DNA of 64,000 nucleotides from the human T2T-CHM13v2.0 reference genome, Homo sapiens, in the NCBI RefSeq assembly GCF_009914755.1, contig NC_060939.1; one strand, written 5' to 3'. Each line of letters begins with the position of its first letter. Within the stretch, counting starts at the first letter, position 1. Shown one piece after another: positions 41,061 through 55,890 of the stretch. The notes beneath the pieces were generated by a model. The model saw only the letters and a list, made by a program, of their open reading frames with translations, searched no databases and was not told where the DNA came from. The translations under genes and the position numbers were made by a program.

Positions 41061-44000
41061 ATCCATTCCACTTCATTCCACTCCAGTCCATTCCACTCAA
41101 CTCCACTCCACTGCATTCCACTCCATTCCATTCCATTCCACTTTTTTCCATTCCATTCCTTTATTTCGAAGGGATCACACACTTTCAACCAGACTGGAGT
41201 GCAGTGGCACAATCTTATCTCACATTTCATTTCACCATTCCATTCATTCCAATGCATTCCATTCCATTCCACTCCACTCCACTCCATTCCAATCAATTCC
41301 ATTCCATTCCACTCAACTCCATTCTATTCCGTTCCATTCCATTCCATTCCATTCCATTCCATTCCATTCTACTGCACTCTGATCCACTCAAGTCAACTCC
41401 ACTCCACCCCACTCCACTCCATTTCGTTCCTTTCCATTCCATTGCATTCCATTCCATTGCATTCAGTTCCATTACATTTGATTCCACTCCATTCCATTCC
41501 ATTCCACTCCATTCCACTCCACTGATTCCACTCCATTCCGTTCCTTTCCATTCCATTGCATTCCATTGCATTCCATTCCATTGCATTCAGTTCCATTACA
41601 TTTGATTCCACCCCACTCCATTCCATTCCACTCCATTCCACTCCACTGCATTCCACTCCATTCCACTAAATTTCATTTCATTCCACTGCACTCCTATTCT
41701 CTCCACTCAACTCTACTCCACTCCACTCTATTCCATTCCAATCCATTCCATTCCTTTCCCTTCCATTCCATTCGACTCCATTCCTTTCCAGTATAATCCA
41801 TTTTACTCCATTCCACTCAACTGCACTCCACTCCACTCCACTCTACTGCATTCCAGTCAACTCCAATCCATTCCACTCCATTCCATTCCACTCCATTCCA
41901 TTCCACTCCACTCTGCTCCATTCCATTCCTTTCCATTCCATTCCTCTCCATTGCACTCCACTCCTCTCCACTCCATTCCATTCCACTCCACTCCAATCGA
42001 CTCCACTCCATGCCTCTAAACTCCATTCCATTCCAATCCACTCCACTCCCTTCCATTCCATTGCATTCCATTGCATTCCTTTCCATTCCACTCCATTCCA
42101 TTCCATTCCATTCCATTCCATTCCATTCCACTACACTCGATCCAATCCACTCCACTCCACTCCACTCCATTCCGTTCCGTTTCCTTCAATTCCATTCTGT
42201 TCCATTCCATTCCATTCCATTCCATTCCATTCCATTCCGTTCCACTAGACTCCATTCCATTCCAATCCATTCCTCTCCATTCGACCCCACTGCATTCCTT
42301 TACACACCACTCCATTCCATTACACTCTCATCCACTCAACTCAACTCCACTCCACTTCTGTCCACTCCACTCCTTTCCGTTCTGTTCCATTCCATTACTT
42401 TCAATTCCTTTCCATTCTGTTCCACTCCATTCCATTCCAGTCCACTCCACTCCACTCCGCTCCACTCCACGCCACTCAATTCCACTCATCTACACTCCAC
42501 TCTACTCCACTTCATTCAATTTCTTTCCATTGTGCTCTGTTCCGTTCTGTTCCATTCCACACCATTCCATTCCACTCCACTCCGTTCCACTCCACTCGAT
42601 TCCACTCCATTCCACTCCATTCCACTCCACTCTATTCCACTCCACTCCATTCCATTACATTGCATTCCATTCCTTGCACTTCGATCCACTCCAAACAAAT
42701 CCACTGCACTCCACTCTAATCTTTTCCACTCTGTTCCATTGTGTTCCATTTCGTTCTGTTCCATTCCACCCCATTTCACTCCATTTCACTCCATTCCACT
42801 CCATTCCGTTCCATTCCATGCCACTCCATTCCACTCCATTCCACTCGACTCCATTCCACTCCACTCCATTCCACTCCACTCCACACCATTCCACTCCATT
42901 CTATTCCTCTCCACTCCTTTCCATTTCATTCTACTCTATTCCATTCCATTCCTTTATTTCGACTGGATCTCACTCTGTCACCCAGACAGGAGTGCAGTGG
43001 CACTATCTTAGCTCATATTTCATTTACACATTCCATTCCATTCCATTCCATTACTTTCCATTCGATTTCTTTCCATTGCATTTCATTTAACTCCACTCCA
43101 CTCCACCCCACTGCAATCCATTCCCAACCACCTCATTCCATTCCAATACACTCCACTCCATTCCACTGCGCTTCACTCCATTCCACTCAACTTCACTCCA
43201 TACCACTACACTCCACTCCATTCCATTTCACTCCACTCTATTCCATTCCATTCCACTTCACTCCATTCCATTCCATTCACCTCCATTCCACTGAATTCCA
43301 CTCCACTCCATTTAATTCCATTGCGTTCCATTTCATTCCATTTCATTCCACTCCACTCCACTCCGTTCCATTCTATTCCATTTCACTGCACTCCGTTGCA
43401 CTGTACTCGACTCAGCTCCATTCCTCTCCGCTCCGTTCTATTCCATTCCATTCGGTTCCTTTCCATTCCATTCCATTCCATTCCATTCCATTCCATTCCA
43501 CTGCACTCCCATCCACTGCACTCAACTTCACTCCACTCAACTTCACTCCACTCGGTTCTGTTCCCTTCCATTCCATTGCATTCCATTCCATTTAATTCCA
43601 TTCCATTCCACTCCACTCCACTCCAGTCCACTCCACGCCACTCTATTCCACTCCACTCCAGTATACTCCATTCCACTTCATTCCATTCCATTCCACTGCA
43701 CTCCGATCCTCTCCACTCAACTCCACTCCACCCCACTCCACTATGTTCCATTAGGCTCCATTCTATTCCCTTCCATTCCGTTCCACTCCATTTCTTTCTA
43801 CTCCACTCCATTCCACTTCATTCCACTCCATTTCACCTCACTCTACTCCACTGCACTCAACTCCACTCCATTCCATAACACTCCATTCATGCATTTCCAA
43901 TCCATTCCATTCCTCTCCATTCCACTCCATTGCACTCCACTCCACTCTACTCCTCTCCATTCCACTCCACTCCATTCCATTTCATTCCACTCCCCTCTAT

Positions 44001-47000
44001 TACATTCCACTCCATTCCATTTCCCTCCACTGTCCTCCATTCTATACCACTCCACCCCACTCCTTTCCATTCCATTCCATTCCACTACAATCCATTCCAT
44101 TCCACTTTACTCCACTCCACTCTATTACATTCTATTACACTCCACTGCACTCCATTCCATTCCATTACGTACCATTCCATTCTATTCCATTCCATTCCAC
44201 TTCACTCCTCTCGATTCCATTCCATTCCATTCCATTCCATTCCATTCCATTCCATTCCATTCCATTCCATTCCACTGCACTCCAATTAACTCCACACAAC
44301 TCCACTCAATTCCACTCCAGTACACTCCATTCTGTTCCGTTCCACTCTCTACCGTGCCATTCCATTCCATTCTATTCCATTCCATTCATTCCACTCCACT
44401 GCATTCCATTCTTCTCCAATCCACTCGACTCCACTCCACTGCATTCCAGTCCACTCGACTCCACTCCACTCCTTTCCATTCCATCCCGTTTCATTCTGTT
44501 ACTTTCCATTCAATTCCACTCCATTACATTCCTCTCCTCTCCATTCCACTCCACTCCATTTCACTCCATTACGATCCATTCCACTCCACACCACCCAACT
44601 CAACTCCACTCCTTTCTATTCAATTCCTCTCCACAGCATTCCATTCCATTCCATTCCATTCCACGGCACTCAGATCCACTGCCCTCAACTCCACTCCACT
44701 CCACTCTGTTCCATTCCTTTCCATTCCATTCCATTCCATCCCATTCCATTCCATTCCGTTCCATTTAATTCCCTTCCATTCCACTCCACTGCATTCCACT
44801 CCTTTCCATTCCTCTCCACTCCACTCCATTCCTTTCCAATCACTTCCATTCCACTGCACTCTGATCCACTCCAATCAACTGCACTCCACTCCATTCACTT
44901 CCGTTCCACTCCGTTTTGTTCCCTTCCGTTCCACTCCGTTTTGTTCCCTTCTGTTCCATTGAGTTCCACTCCATTCCATTCCACTCCACTGCATTCCACT
45001 CCATTCCTCTCCATTTCACTTCACTGAACTCCATTTCATTCCATTCCACTCCACTCTATTCTACTCCATTTCATTCCACTCCACTCCACTCCAATCCATT
45101 CTACTCCACTCCACTCCATTCAATTCCACTCCACTCCACTCCATTCCATTCCATTGCATTCTATTCTACTCCACTCCATGACATTCCACTACACTCCATT
45201 CCATTCCATTCCATTAGATTCCATTCCATTCCATTCCATGCAATTCCATTCCATTCCATTCCATTCCATTCCGTTCCATTCCACTGTCCTCAAATCCACT
45301 CCACTCAACTCCACTCCACTCGGCTCTACTCCATTCCATTCCATTCCATTCCATTCCATTTCATTCCGTTCCTTTCCATTCAATTCCACTAAATTCTATT
45401 CCATTCCACACCACTACATTGCATTCCATTCCACATCATTCCATTTCATTCCACTACATTCCGTTTCATTCCACTAGATTCCATTACATTCCACTACACT
45501 CAACTCCACTGCACTACACTCCACTCCAGTCAGTTACATTCTGTTCCATTGCATTCCGTTCCTTTCCATTCCATTCCAATCCATTACATTCCATTCCCTT
45601 CAAATCCACTCCTTTCCATTCCACTCCATTCCATTCGTCTCCCCTCCACTCCACTCCGCTCCACTCCACTCCATTATACTGTACTACACTTTGTTCCATT
45701 CCGTTCCTTTCCATTCTGTTCATTCCGTTCCATTCCACTCCATTCCATTCCACTCCACTCCACTCCACTCCACTCCACTCCATTTCACTCTATTCCACTT
45801 CATTCAACTCCACTCCACTCCATTCCATTCCATTCCATTGCACTCCACTACACTCCATTCCATTCCTTTGCATTCCATTCCATGCCATTCCACTGCACTC
45901 CAATCCACTCCATTCAACTCCACTCTACTCCACTCCACTCCATTCTGTTCCGTTATCTTCCTTTCCGTTGCATTCCATTCCATTCCATTCCTTTGCATTG
46001 CATTCCATTCCACTCCACCCCATTTTATTCCACTCCACTCCACTCAGCTCCACTCCACTCCACTCAAATCCACTCCACTCCAATCCATTCCACTCCACTA
46101 CACTCCATTGCATTCCATTCTATTCAATTCTACTTCTCTCTGATCCACTCCACTCAACTCAACTCCACTCCACTCCATTCAATGCCACCCCACTCGTTTC
46201 CATTCCATTTAATTCCATTCCATTCCATTCCACTGCACTCTGATTAAGTCCACTCAATTCCACTCCACTCCTCTCTGTTCCATTCTGTTGCATTCCATTT
46301 TATTCCATTCCATTCCAATCCGTATAATTCCTTTCCATTCCATGCCCCTACATTCCATGCAATTCCGTAGTACTCCACTCCACTCCAATCCACTCCAAAC
46401 GACTCCACTCAATTACACTCCGCTCCACTCCACTCCACTCCGTTCCACTCCGATCCCCTCCACTTCACTGAATTCCACTCTATTCCATTCCATTATGTTC
46501 CATTCCGTTCTTTCTTTTCCATTCCACTCCATTCCATTCCTATCCATTCCACTCCATTCCACTCCATTTCACTCCATTAAATTCCACTCCACTCCATTCC
46601 ACTCCACTCCACACCATGTCTCTCCATTCCATTCCACTCCACTTCATTCCATTCCACTCCATTCCATTCCACTCCTTTATTTCGACTGGATGTTACTCTG
46701 CCTCTCAGACTGGAATGCATTGGCACAACCTTAGTTCACATTGCATTTCACAATTCCATTCCGTTACATTCCATTTCATTCCATTCCATTCCATTAAACG
46801 CTCTTCCACTCCATTCCACTCCACTCCATTCCACTCCACTCCACTGGATTCCACTCCAATCCACTACACTCTGTTCCATTACCCTCTACTCCATTCTATT
46901 CCATTCCACTCCACTCCACTCCATTCCATTCCACTCCAATCCATTCCATTCCAATCCAATCCATTCCATTCCATTGCTTTCCGTTCCACTCAACTCCACT

Positions 47001-50000
47001 CCATTCCATTCCAATCCACTCCATTCCATTCCATTGCTTTCCATTCCACTCCACTCCACTCCATTCCATTTCATTCCACTCCATTCCCTCCACTCCACTC
47101 CATTCCATTCAATTCCATTCCACTCCTGTCAATTCCATTCCATTCTACTCCATTCCACTCCATTCCACTCCACTCTATTCCACTTAACTACACTTAATTT
47201 AATTCCATTCCATTCCATTCCATTCAATTCCACTCCTCTCCACTCCACTCCATTCCATTCCGTTCCATTCCATTCCATTGCATTCCACTGCATTCCACTG
47301 CACTCTGATCCACTCCACTGAACCACACTCCATTCCCCTCCACTCCATTCCATTGGATTCAATGCCACACCACTCCTTTCCATTCCATTCCACTCCATTC
47401 CATTCCACTCCATTCCATTCCATTCCATTCCATTCCATTCCATTCCATTCCATTGCACTGCACTCCTTTCCACTCCACTCAACACCCCTTCACTCCACTC
47501 CTCTCCATTCCGTTCCATTCCATTCAATTCCATTCCATTGCATTCCACTACGTGCCATTCAATTCCATTCCATTCCACACCACTCCATTCGATTCAACTC
47601 CATTGAACTCCACTGCACTCCACTAAACTGCCATCCACTCCACTCCACTCCACTGTGTTCCATTCTACTCCACTCCACTCCGTTCCATTCCATTCTGTTC
47701 TATTCCATTCCGTTCCATTGTGTTCCTTTCCACTCTATTCCATCCCACTCCATTCCACTCCACTCCACTTCACTCCATTCCATTCTGCTCCATTCCATTC
47801 CATTCCACTCCATTCTATTCCATTCCATGCCAATCTGTTCAACTTCATTCAACTCCACTTCATTTCATTCCACTCCATTCCACTACATTACACTCCATTC
47901 CCTTCCATGCCATTCCATTCCACTCCAATTCATTCCATTCCATTCCACTCCATTCCACTCCATTCCACTCCACTCCACTGCACTCCACTCCACTCCATTC
48001 CATTGTGTTCCATTCCTTTCCACTGCACTCCAATCCACTCCACTCCACTCCACTCCTTTCCATTGCGTTCCATTCCTTTCCCTTCCTTTCATCTCCATTC
48101 CACTCCAATCCAATCCAATCCACTCCACGCTTTTCCATTCCACACCGTTCCATTCTATTCCACTCCATTCCATTCCATTCCATTCCACCCCATTCTACCC
48201 CATTCCAATCCACTCCATTCCACTGCACTCCATTCCATTCCACTCCACTCCATTACACTCCATTCCATTCCATTCCATTCCATCCACTCCATTCTACTGC
48301 ATTCAACTCCACTATATTCCACTCCACTCTTTTCCACTCCACTCCACTCCATTCCATTCCACTCCCCTGCATTCCATTACATTTTATTCCATTGCATTCC
48401 ATTCCTTTATTTCGACTGGATCTCACTCTGTCACCCAAAATGGAGTGCAGTTGCTCAATCTTAGCTCACATTTCATGTCACCATTCCAATCCGTTCCGTT
48501 CCTTTGCATTCCATTCCATTCCATTCCACTCCACTCCACTCCATTCCATTCCACTAAACTCCACTGCACTCCACTGCAGTCCACTGCATTCCAGTCTACT
48601 CCACTCCATTCCACTCTTCTCTTTTCCATTCATTTCCACTCCATTCCATTCCTTTCTGTTCCATTCCTCTCCATTTCACTCCATGACATTCCATTCCACT
48701 CCAATCCACCCCACTCCACTCCATTCCATTAGACTCCATTCCATTCCATTCAACTCAGTTCCATTGCATTCCATTCCACTCCATTCCACTGCATTCTGCT
48801 CCACTCCAGTGCAGTCCACTCCACTCCACTCCATGACACTCCACTCCATTCCATTCCACTCCATTCCATTCCACCCCATTCCACTACATTCAATTCCACT
48901 CCATTCCACTCCATTCAACTACATTGCATTCCACTCCACTCCATTCCACTCCACTAAACTCCATTTCACTCCATTCCATTCCACTCCAATGCATTCCATT
49001 CCATTTTAATCCATTCCATTTCATTCTTTTATTTCGACTAGATCTCACCTTGTCACCCAGACTGGAGTGCAGTGGCACAATGTTAGCTCACATTTCATGT
49101 CACCTTTCCATTCTATTGCATTCTAATCCATTCTATTCCGTTCCATTCCTTTCCAATTCACTCCTTTCCATTCCATCCCACTTCACTCCACTCAGCTCCA
49201 CTCCACCACTGCACTCCACTGCATTCCAGTCCACTCCACTCCATTCCATTGCACTCTGTTCCATTCCACTCCACTCCCCTCCGTTCCACTCCAGTCCACT
49301 GAATTCCATTACATTCCACTCCACTCCATTCCATTCCATTTCATTCCAATCCAATCCATTACATTCCTCTCCACTACATTCTACTGCGCTCCACTCCTCT
49401 CCACTCCATTCCCTTCAATTCCACCCCATTCCATTCAAATCCACTCCATTCCATTCCATTCCATTCCATTGCACTCCAATCCACTCGACTCAACTCCACT
49501 CCACTAGAGTCCACTCCGTTCCTTTCCGTTGAATTCCATTCTGTTGCATTTCCATTCCATTCCGTTCCATTCCATTCCATTCCACTCCAATCCATTCCAT
49601 TCCACACCATTCCACTCTACTCCACCACACTCCACTGCACTCCACTCTATTCCATTCCATTCCATTCCATTACACTGCACTTCGTTCCACTCCACTCAAC
49701 TCCACTCCACACCACTCCACCCCACTCCGTTCCATTCTGATCTATTCCATTCCGTTCCATTCCACTTCATTCCTTTGCACTCAACTCAATTTCACTCCAC
49801 TCCATTCCACTCCATTCCACTGCACTCCACTCCACTCCGCTCCACTCCATTCCATTCCAACCCATTCCATTCCATTCCACTCCATTCAATTCCATTACAC
49901 TCTACTCTACTCCTCTGCACTCCACTCCTCTCCACTCCATTCCATTCCATTCCACTAAATTCCATTCCATTCCATTCCACTGCACTCCGATCCACTCGAC

Positions 50001-53000
50001 TCAACTCCACTCCACTCCACTCCTTTCCGTTCCTTTCAACCCCATTCCATTGCATTCCATTCCATTCCATTCCATTGCATTCCACTCCATTCCATTGCAA
50101 TCCACTGCAGTCGATTCCATTCCACACCATTCCACTCCACTCCTTTCCATTCCACTCTTTTCAATTCCATTCCACTCCACTCCATTCCATTCCATTCCAC
50201 TCCATTCCATTCCATTCCACTCCACTCCATTCCATTCCATTCTACTCCATTCAATTCATTTCCTTTATTTCGAGTGAATCTCACTCTGTCACACAGAGTG
50301 GAGTGCAATGGCACAATCTTAGCTCACATTCAATTTCACCATTCCATTCCATTCCACTCCACTCCATTCCATTCCATTCCATTCCACTGCACTCTGATAC
50401 ACTCCACTCAACTCCACTCTACTCCACTCCACTCCAATACGTTCCATTCCGTTTTTTTCTCTTCCGTTCTGCTCCATTAAACTCCATTACATTCCACTAC
50501 TCTCAATTCCACTCCACTACATTCTAGTCCATTCCATTCCATTCCACTTGACTCCACTCTGATACACTTCTTTCCATTAAATTCCACTCAATTCCACTGC
50601 ACTCTGATCCACTCCACTCAAATCCTCTCCACTCCACTGCACTTCATTCCATTCCATTCCATTCCATTCCATTCCATTCCTTTCCGTTTTCTTCCATTCC
50701 AGTCCATTCCACTCCCCTCCACTACACTCCATTCAATTCCTTTCCACTGCTTTCCACTCCATTCCACTCCAGTCCATTCCACTCCATTCCTTCCACTCCT
50801 CTCCATTCCATTCCTTTCCACTCCACTCTACTCCACTCCACTGCCTCCCACTCCACTCGACTCCACTCCACTCCACTGCGTTCCATTCTGTCCCATTCCA
50901 TCCTTTTCCATTGTGTTCCATTCCATTCCACTCCACTCCATTCCTCTCTCCATTCCACTCCACTCCATTTCACTCCATTACTCTCCATTCAACTCCACAC
51001 CACTCCACTCCACTCCACTCCATTCCAGTCAATTCCACTCCACTCCATTCCATTCCATTCCATTTCTTTCCTTTCCATTCCATTCTACTGCACTCCGATC
51101 CACTCCACTTAAATCCACTCCACTCCATTCCATTCAGTTCCATTCCATTCCATTGAATTTCAATCCATTCCATACCATTCCATTCCATTCCACTCCACTC
51201 CATTCCATTCCTCTCCTTTCCATTTCACTCCAATCCATTCCATTCCACTGCACTCCGATCCACTCCACTCAACTCCGCTCCACTCCATTTCAGTCCATTA
51301 CCCTCCAATTCTGTTCCTTTCCGTTCCATTCCATTCCACTCCACCCCATTCCTTTCCATTCCACTCCATTCCACTCCACTCAACTCCACTCCATTCCATT
51401 CCACTCCAGTCCATTATATTCTACTCCATTCCATTCCACTCCACTCCACTCCATTCTACTCTTCTCCAGTCCATTCAATTTCGTTTCACTCCCCTCCACT
51501 TCATTCCATTCCATTCCAATTCATTCCATTTCATTCCATTCCATTCCATTCCACTCCACTCCACTCCATTCCATTCCACTCAACTCCACTCCACTCCACT
51601 CCATTCCATTCCACTCAACTCCACTTCACTCCATTCCATTCCATTCCATTCCATTCCTTTCCACTGCCCTCCAATCCACTCCACTCAACTCCACTCCACT
51701 CCATTCCGTTCCATTCCGTTCCATTCCATTCCGTTCTATTTCATTCCATTCCATTCCTTTCCATTCAATTTCACTACACTCCATTCCATTCCACTCCATT
51801 CCACTCCACTCCACTCCATTCCACTCCACTCCATTCCATTCCATTCCACTCCATTCCACTGCATTCCGAACCACTTGAATCGACTCCAATCACCTCCACT
51901 CCACTCTGTTACGTTCCGTTCCGTTCTATTTCGTTCCAATGCATTGCATTCCGTTCCATTCCATTCTATTCCACTCCACTGCATTCGATTCCACTCCATT
52001 CCATTCTACTCCACTGCATTCCACTCCACTCCATTCCACTCCAATCCATTCCATTCTACTGCACTCCGATCAACTCTAGTCAACTCCACTGCACTCCACA
52101 CCACTCCACTCCGTTCCATTCCTTTTCATACCATTCCATTTCATTGCATTCCATTCCACTGCACTCCAATCCACTCCAGTCAAATCCTCTCCACTCCACT
52201 ACGTTCCGTTCTGTTGAACTCCATTCTCTTCCATTCCATTCCGTTTCATTCCATTCCTTTCCATTCCAATCCACTCCATTCCATTCCACTCCATTCCACT
52301 CCACTTCACTCCACTCCACTCCATTCCATTCCATTCCATTCCATTCCACTGCATTCCATACCATTTCATTCCATTCCACTCCATTCCAGTCCTTTCCACA
52401 CCACTCCACTGCACTCCGCTCCACTCCAAAAAACTCCATTCCACTCCACTCCACTAAACTCCACTCCACTTCATTCCATTCCTTTCCATTCCACTACACT
52501 ACACTCCATTCTACTCCACTGCACTCCACTCCACTCCATTCCATTCCATTCCACTCCATTCCATTCCATTCCACTGCATTCTATTCCATTCCATTCCACC
52601 ACATTCCACTGCATTCCAGTCCACTCCATTTCACCTCAATCCATTCCACTGCACTCCACTCCCTTCCACTCCACTCCATTTCATTCCACTCCATTCCATT
52701 CCATTCCACTCCATTACACTCCTTCCCACTCCACTCCACTCCATTCCACTCCATTACACTCCATTACACTCCATTCCACTCCAATCCATACCACTTTACT
52801 CCATTCCATTCCATTCTGCTCCATTCCATTCCATTCCTATTTCGATTGGATCTCACTCTGTCACCCAGACTGGAGTGCGGTGGCACAATCTTAGCACACA
52901 TTATATTTCACCATTCTATTCCATTCCATTCCATTCCATTCCATTCCATTCCACCCACTCCATTCCACTCCACTGCATTCCATTCCACTCCACCCCTTTC

Positions 53001-55760
53001 CATTCCACTCCACTCCATTCCATTCCACTCCACCCCTTTCCATTCCATTCCATTCCATTCCATTCCATTCCATTCCATTCCATTCCACTTCATTCCGATG
53101 CACTCCAGTCAAATCCACTCCACTCCACTACGTTCCGTTCTGTTGAATTCCATTCTGTTCCATTCCATACCTTTTCGTTCCGTTCAATTCCATTCCTTTT
53201 CATTCCATTCATTTCCATGCCACTCCACTCCATTCCATTCCACTCCATTCCACTCCACTTCACTACACTCCAGTCCACTTCATTCCATTCCATTCCATTC
53301 CATTCCATTCCATTCCATACCATTCCATTCCATTCCATTGCATTCCATTCCATTGCATTCCATTCCATTCCAGTGCACTCCTATCCCTGCCACACAACTC
53401 CACTTCAATTCACTCCACTCCACTCTGTTCTATTGCCTTCCATTCTGTTCCCTTCCTTTCCATTCCACTCCATTCGATTACACTCTACTCCATTCCACTC
53501 CACTCCTTTCCATTCCATTCCACTCCTTTCCATTCCATTCCATTCCACTCCACTCCACTCCATTCCATTCCACTCCACTCCACTCCATTCCACCGAACTC
53601 CCCTCCATTCCACTGCATTCCATTCCATTCCACTCCTTTCCATTCCATTCCATTCCACTCCATTACACTCCATTATATTGCAATTCATTCCACTCCAGTA
53701 CATTCCACTACACTCCACTCCATGCCACCCCATTCCATTCCTCTTCACTCCATTCCATTCCAATCTACTCCATTCCATTCTCTTCCTTTATTTCGACTGG
53801 ATCTCACTCTGTCACCCAGAGAGGAGTGCAGTGGCACAATCTTAGCTCACATTCCATCTCACCATTCCATTCCATTCCATTCCATTCCATTCCACTCCAC
53901 CCCTCTCCACTCCACTCAACTCCACTCCACCTCACTCAACTGTTTTCCATTCCGTTCCATTCCATTCTTTTCCATTGCATTGCATTGCATTGTATTCCAT
54001 TCCATTCCATTCCATTCCACTCCACTCCACTCCACTCCATACCACTCCATTCCACTCCAATCCACTGTGATCCACTACACTCCATTCTGCTTCACTACAC
54101 TCCACTAAACACCACTCCACTCCATTCCATTCCATTCCATTCCATTCCATTCCATTCCATTCCACTGCACTCCGATACACTCCATGCAACTCCACTCCAC
54201 TCCACTCTTCCATTCCGTTCCATTCCTATCTGTTCTGTTCCATTCCATTCCACTCCTCTCCACTGAACACAATTTCACTCCATTCCTCTCCACTCCACTA
54301 TACTTTCCTGAACTCTATTCCATTCCACTCCATTCCAAACCACTCCAATCAACTCCATTCCATTCCACTCCACTCCACTCCATTACACTCCATTCCATTT
54401 CACTCCACTCCATTCAATTCCATTCTACTCCATTCCATTGCATTCCTTTGTTTCGTCTGGATCTCACTCTGTCACCCAGACTGGAGTTCAGTGGCAGAAT
54501 CTTAGCACACATTACATTTCACCATTACATTTCATTCCATTCCATTCCTTTCCATTGCACTCCACTCCACTCAACTCCTCTCCATTCCTGTGCACAACTT
54601 TCGATTCCAATCCATTCCATTCTGTTCCATTGTACGGTAATCCGATCCATTCTAATCAACACCACTCCACTCCACTCTGCTCCAATCCGTTCCATTCCAT
54701 TCCATTCCGTTCCATACCATTCCTTTCTGTTTTCCCTTCCATTCCATTCCATTCCATTCCATTCCACTCCACTCAGTTCCATCCCACTCCATTCCACTCC
54801 ACTCCACTCCACTCCACTGCATTCCATTCCATTCCTTTCCATTCCATTCCATTCCACTGCAAACCATTCCATTCCATTCTGTTCCAGTCCTTTACTTTCC
54901 GTTCCATTGCACTCCATTCCATTCCACTTCACTCCTTTCCACTCTTCTCCATTTCACTCCATTCCACTCCATTACACTCCAGTCTGCTCCACTCCACTCC
55001 ACTCCACTCTACTCCATTCCATTCCATTCCATTCCACTCCATTCCATTCCACTCCATTCCATTCTATTCCACTCCATTCCATTCCATTCCACTCCATTCC
55101 ATTCCACTCCACTCCATTCCATTCCACTCCATTCCATTCCATTCCATTCCATTCCATTCCATTCCACTCCACTCCATTCCATTCCACTCCATTCCATTCC
55201 ACTCCATTCCATTCCATTCCACTCCATTCCATTCCATTCCACTCCATTCCACTTCATTCCAAGCCATTCCCCTCCACTGCATTCCAGTCCACTCCATTCC
55301 AATCCACTCCACTCCACTCCATTCCACTCCACTCCACTCCATTCCACTCCATTCCATTCCATTCCACTCCATTCCACTCCATTCCAATACTTTCCACTTC
55401 ATTCCAATCCACTACATTCCTTTCGTTTCTACTCCATTCCATTCCATTCCTTTATTTCGACTGGATCTCACTCTGTCACCCAGACTGGAGAGCAGTGGTA
55501 AAATCTTAGCCCACATTTCATTTCAGCATTCCATTCCATTTCATTCCAATCCGTTCCATTCCATTCCATTGTATTCCATTCCACTACACTCTGATCCACT
55601 CCACTCAACTCCACTCCACTCCAGTGCACTAAGTTCAATTCCCTTCCTTTCCATTCTGTTCCATTTTATACCCGACCATTCTATTTCACTCCGCTCCATT
55701 CCACTCCACTCCACTTCTCTCCATTCCACTCAATTCCATTCCACTCCACTCCATTCCACT

Positions 55761-55890
55761 CCACTCCATTCCTTTCCATTCCACTCCGTTCCATTCCATG
55801 GCATTCCATTCCATTCCACTCCACTCCATTCCTTTCCATTCCACTCCGTTCAATTCCATGGCATTCCATTCCATTCCACTCCACTCCATT
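55761..55890 (+). repeat. 60-bp tandem duplication
   Basis: CCACTCCATTCCTTTCCATTCCACTCCGTTC(C/A)ATTCCATGGCATTCCATTCCATTCCACT occurs twice. Confidence 0.88.
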
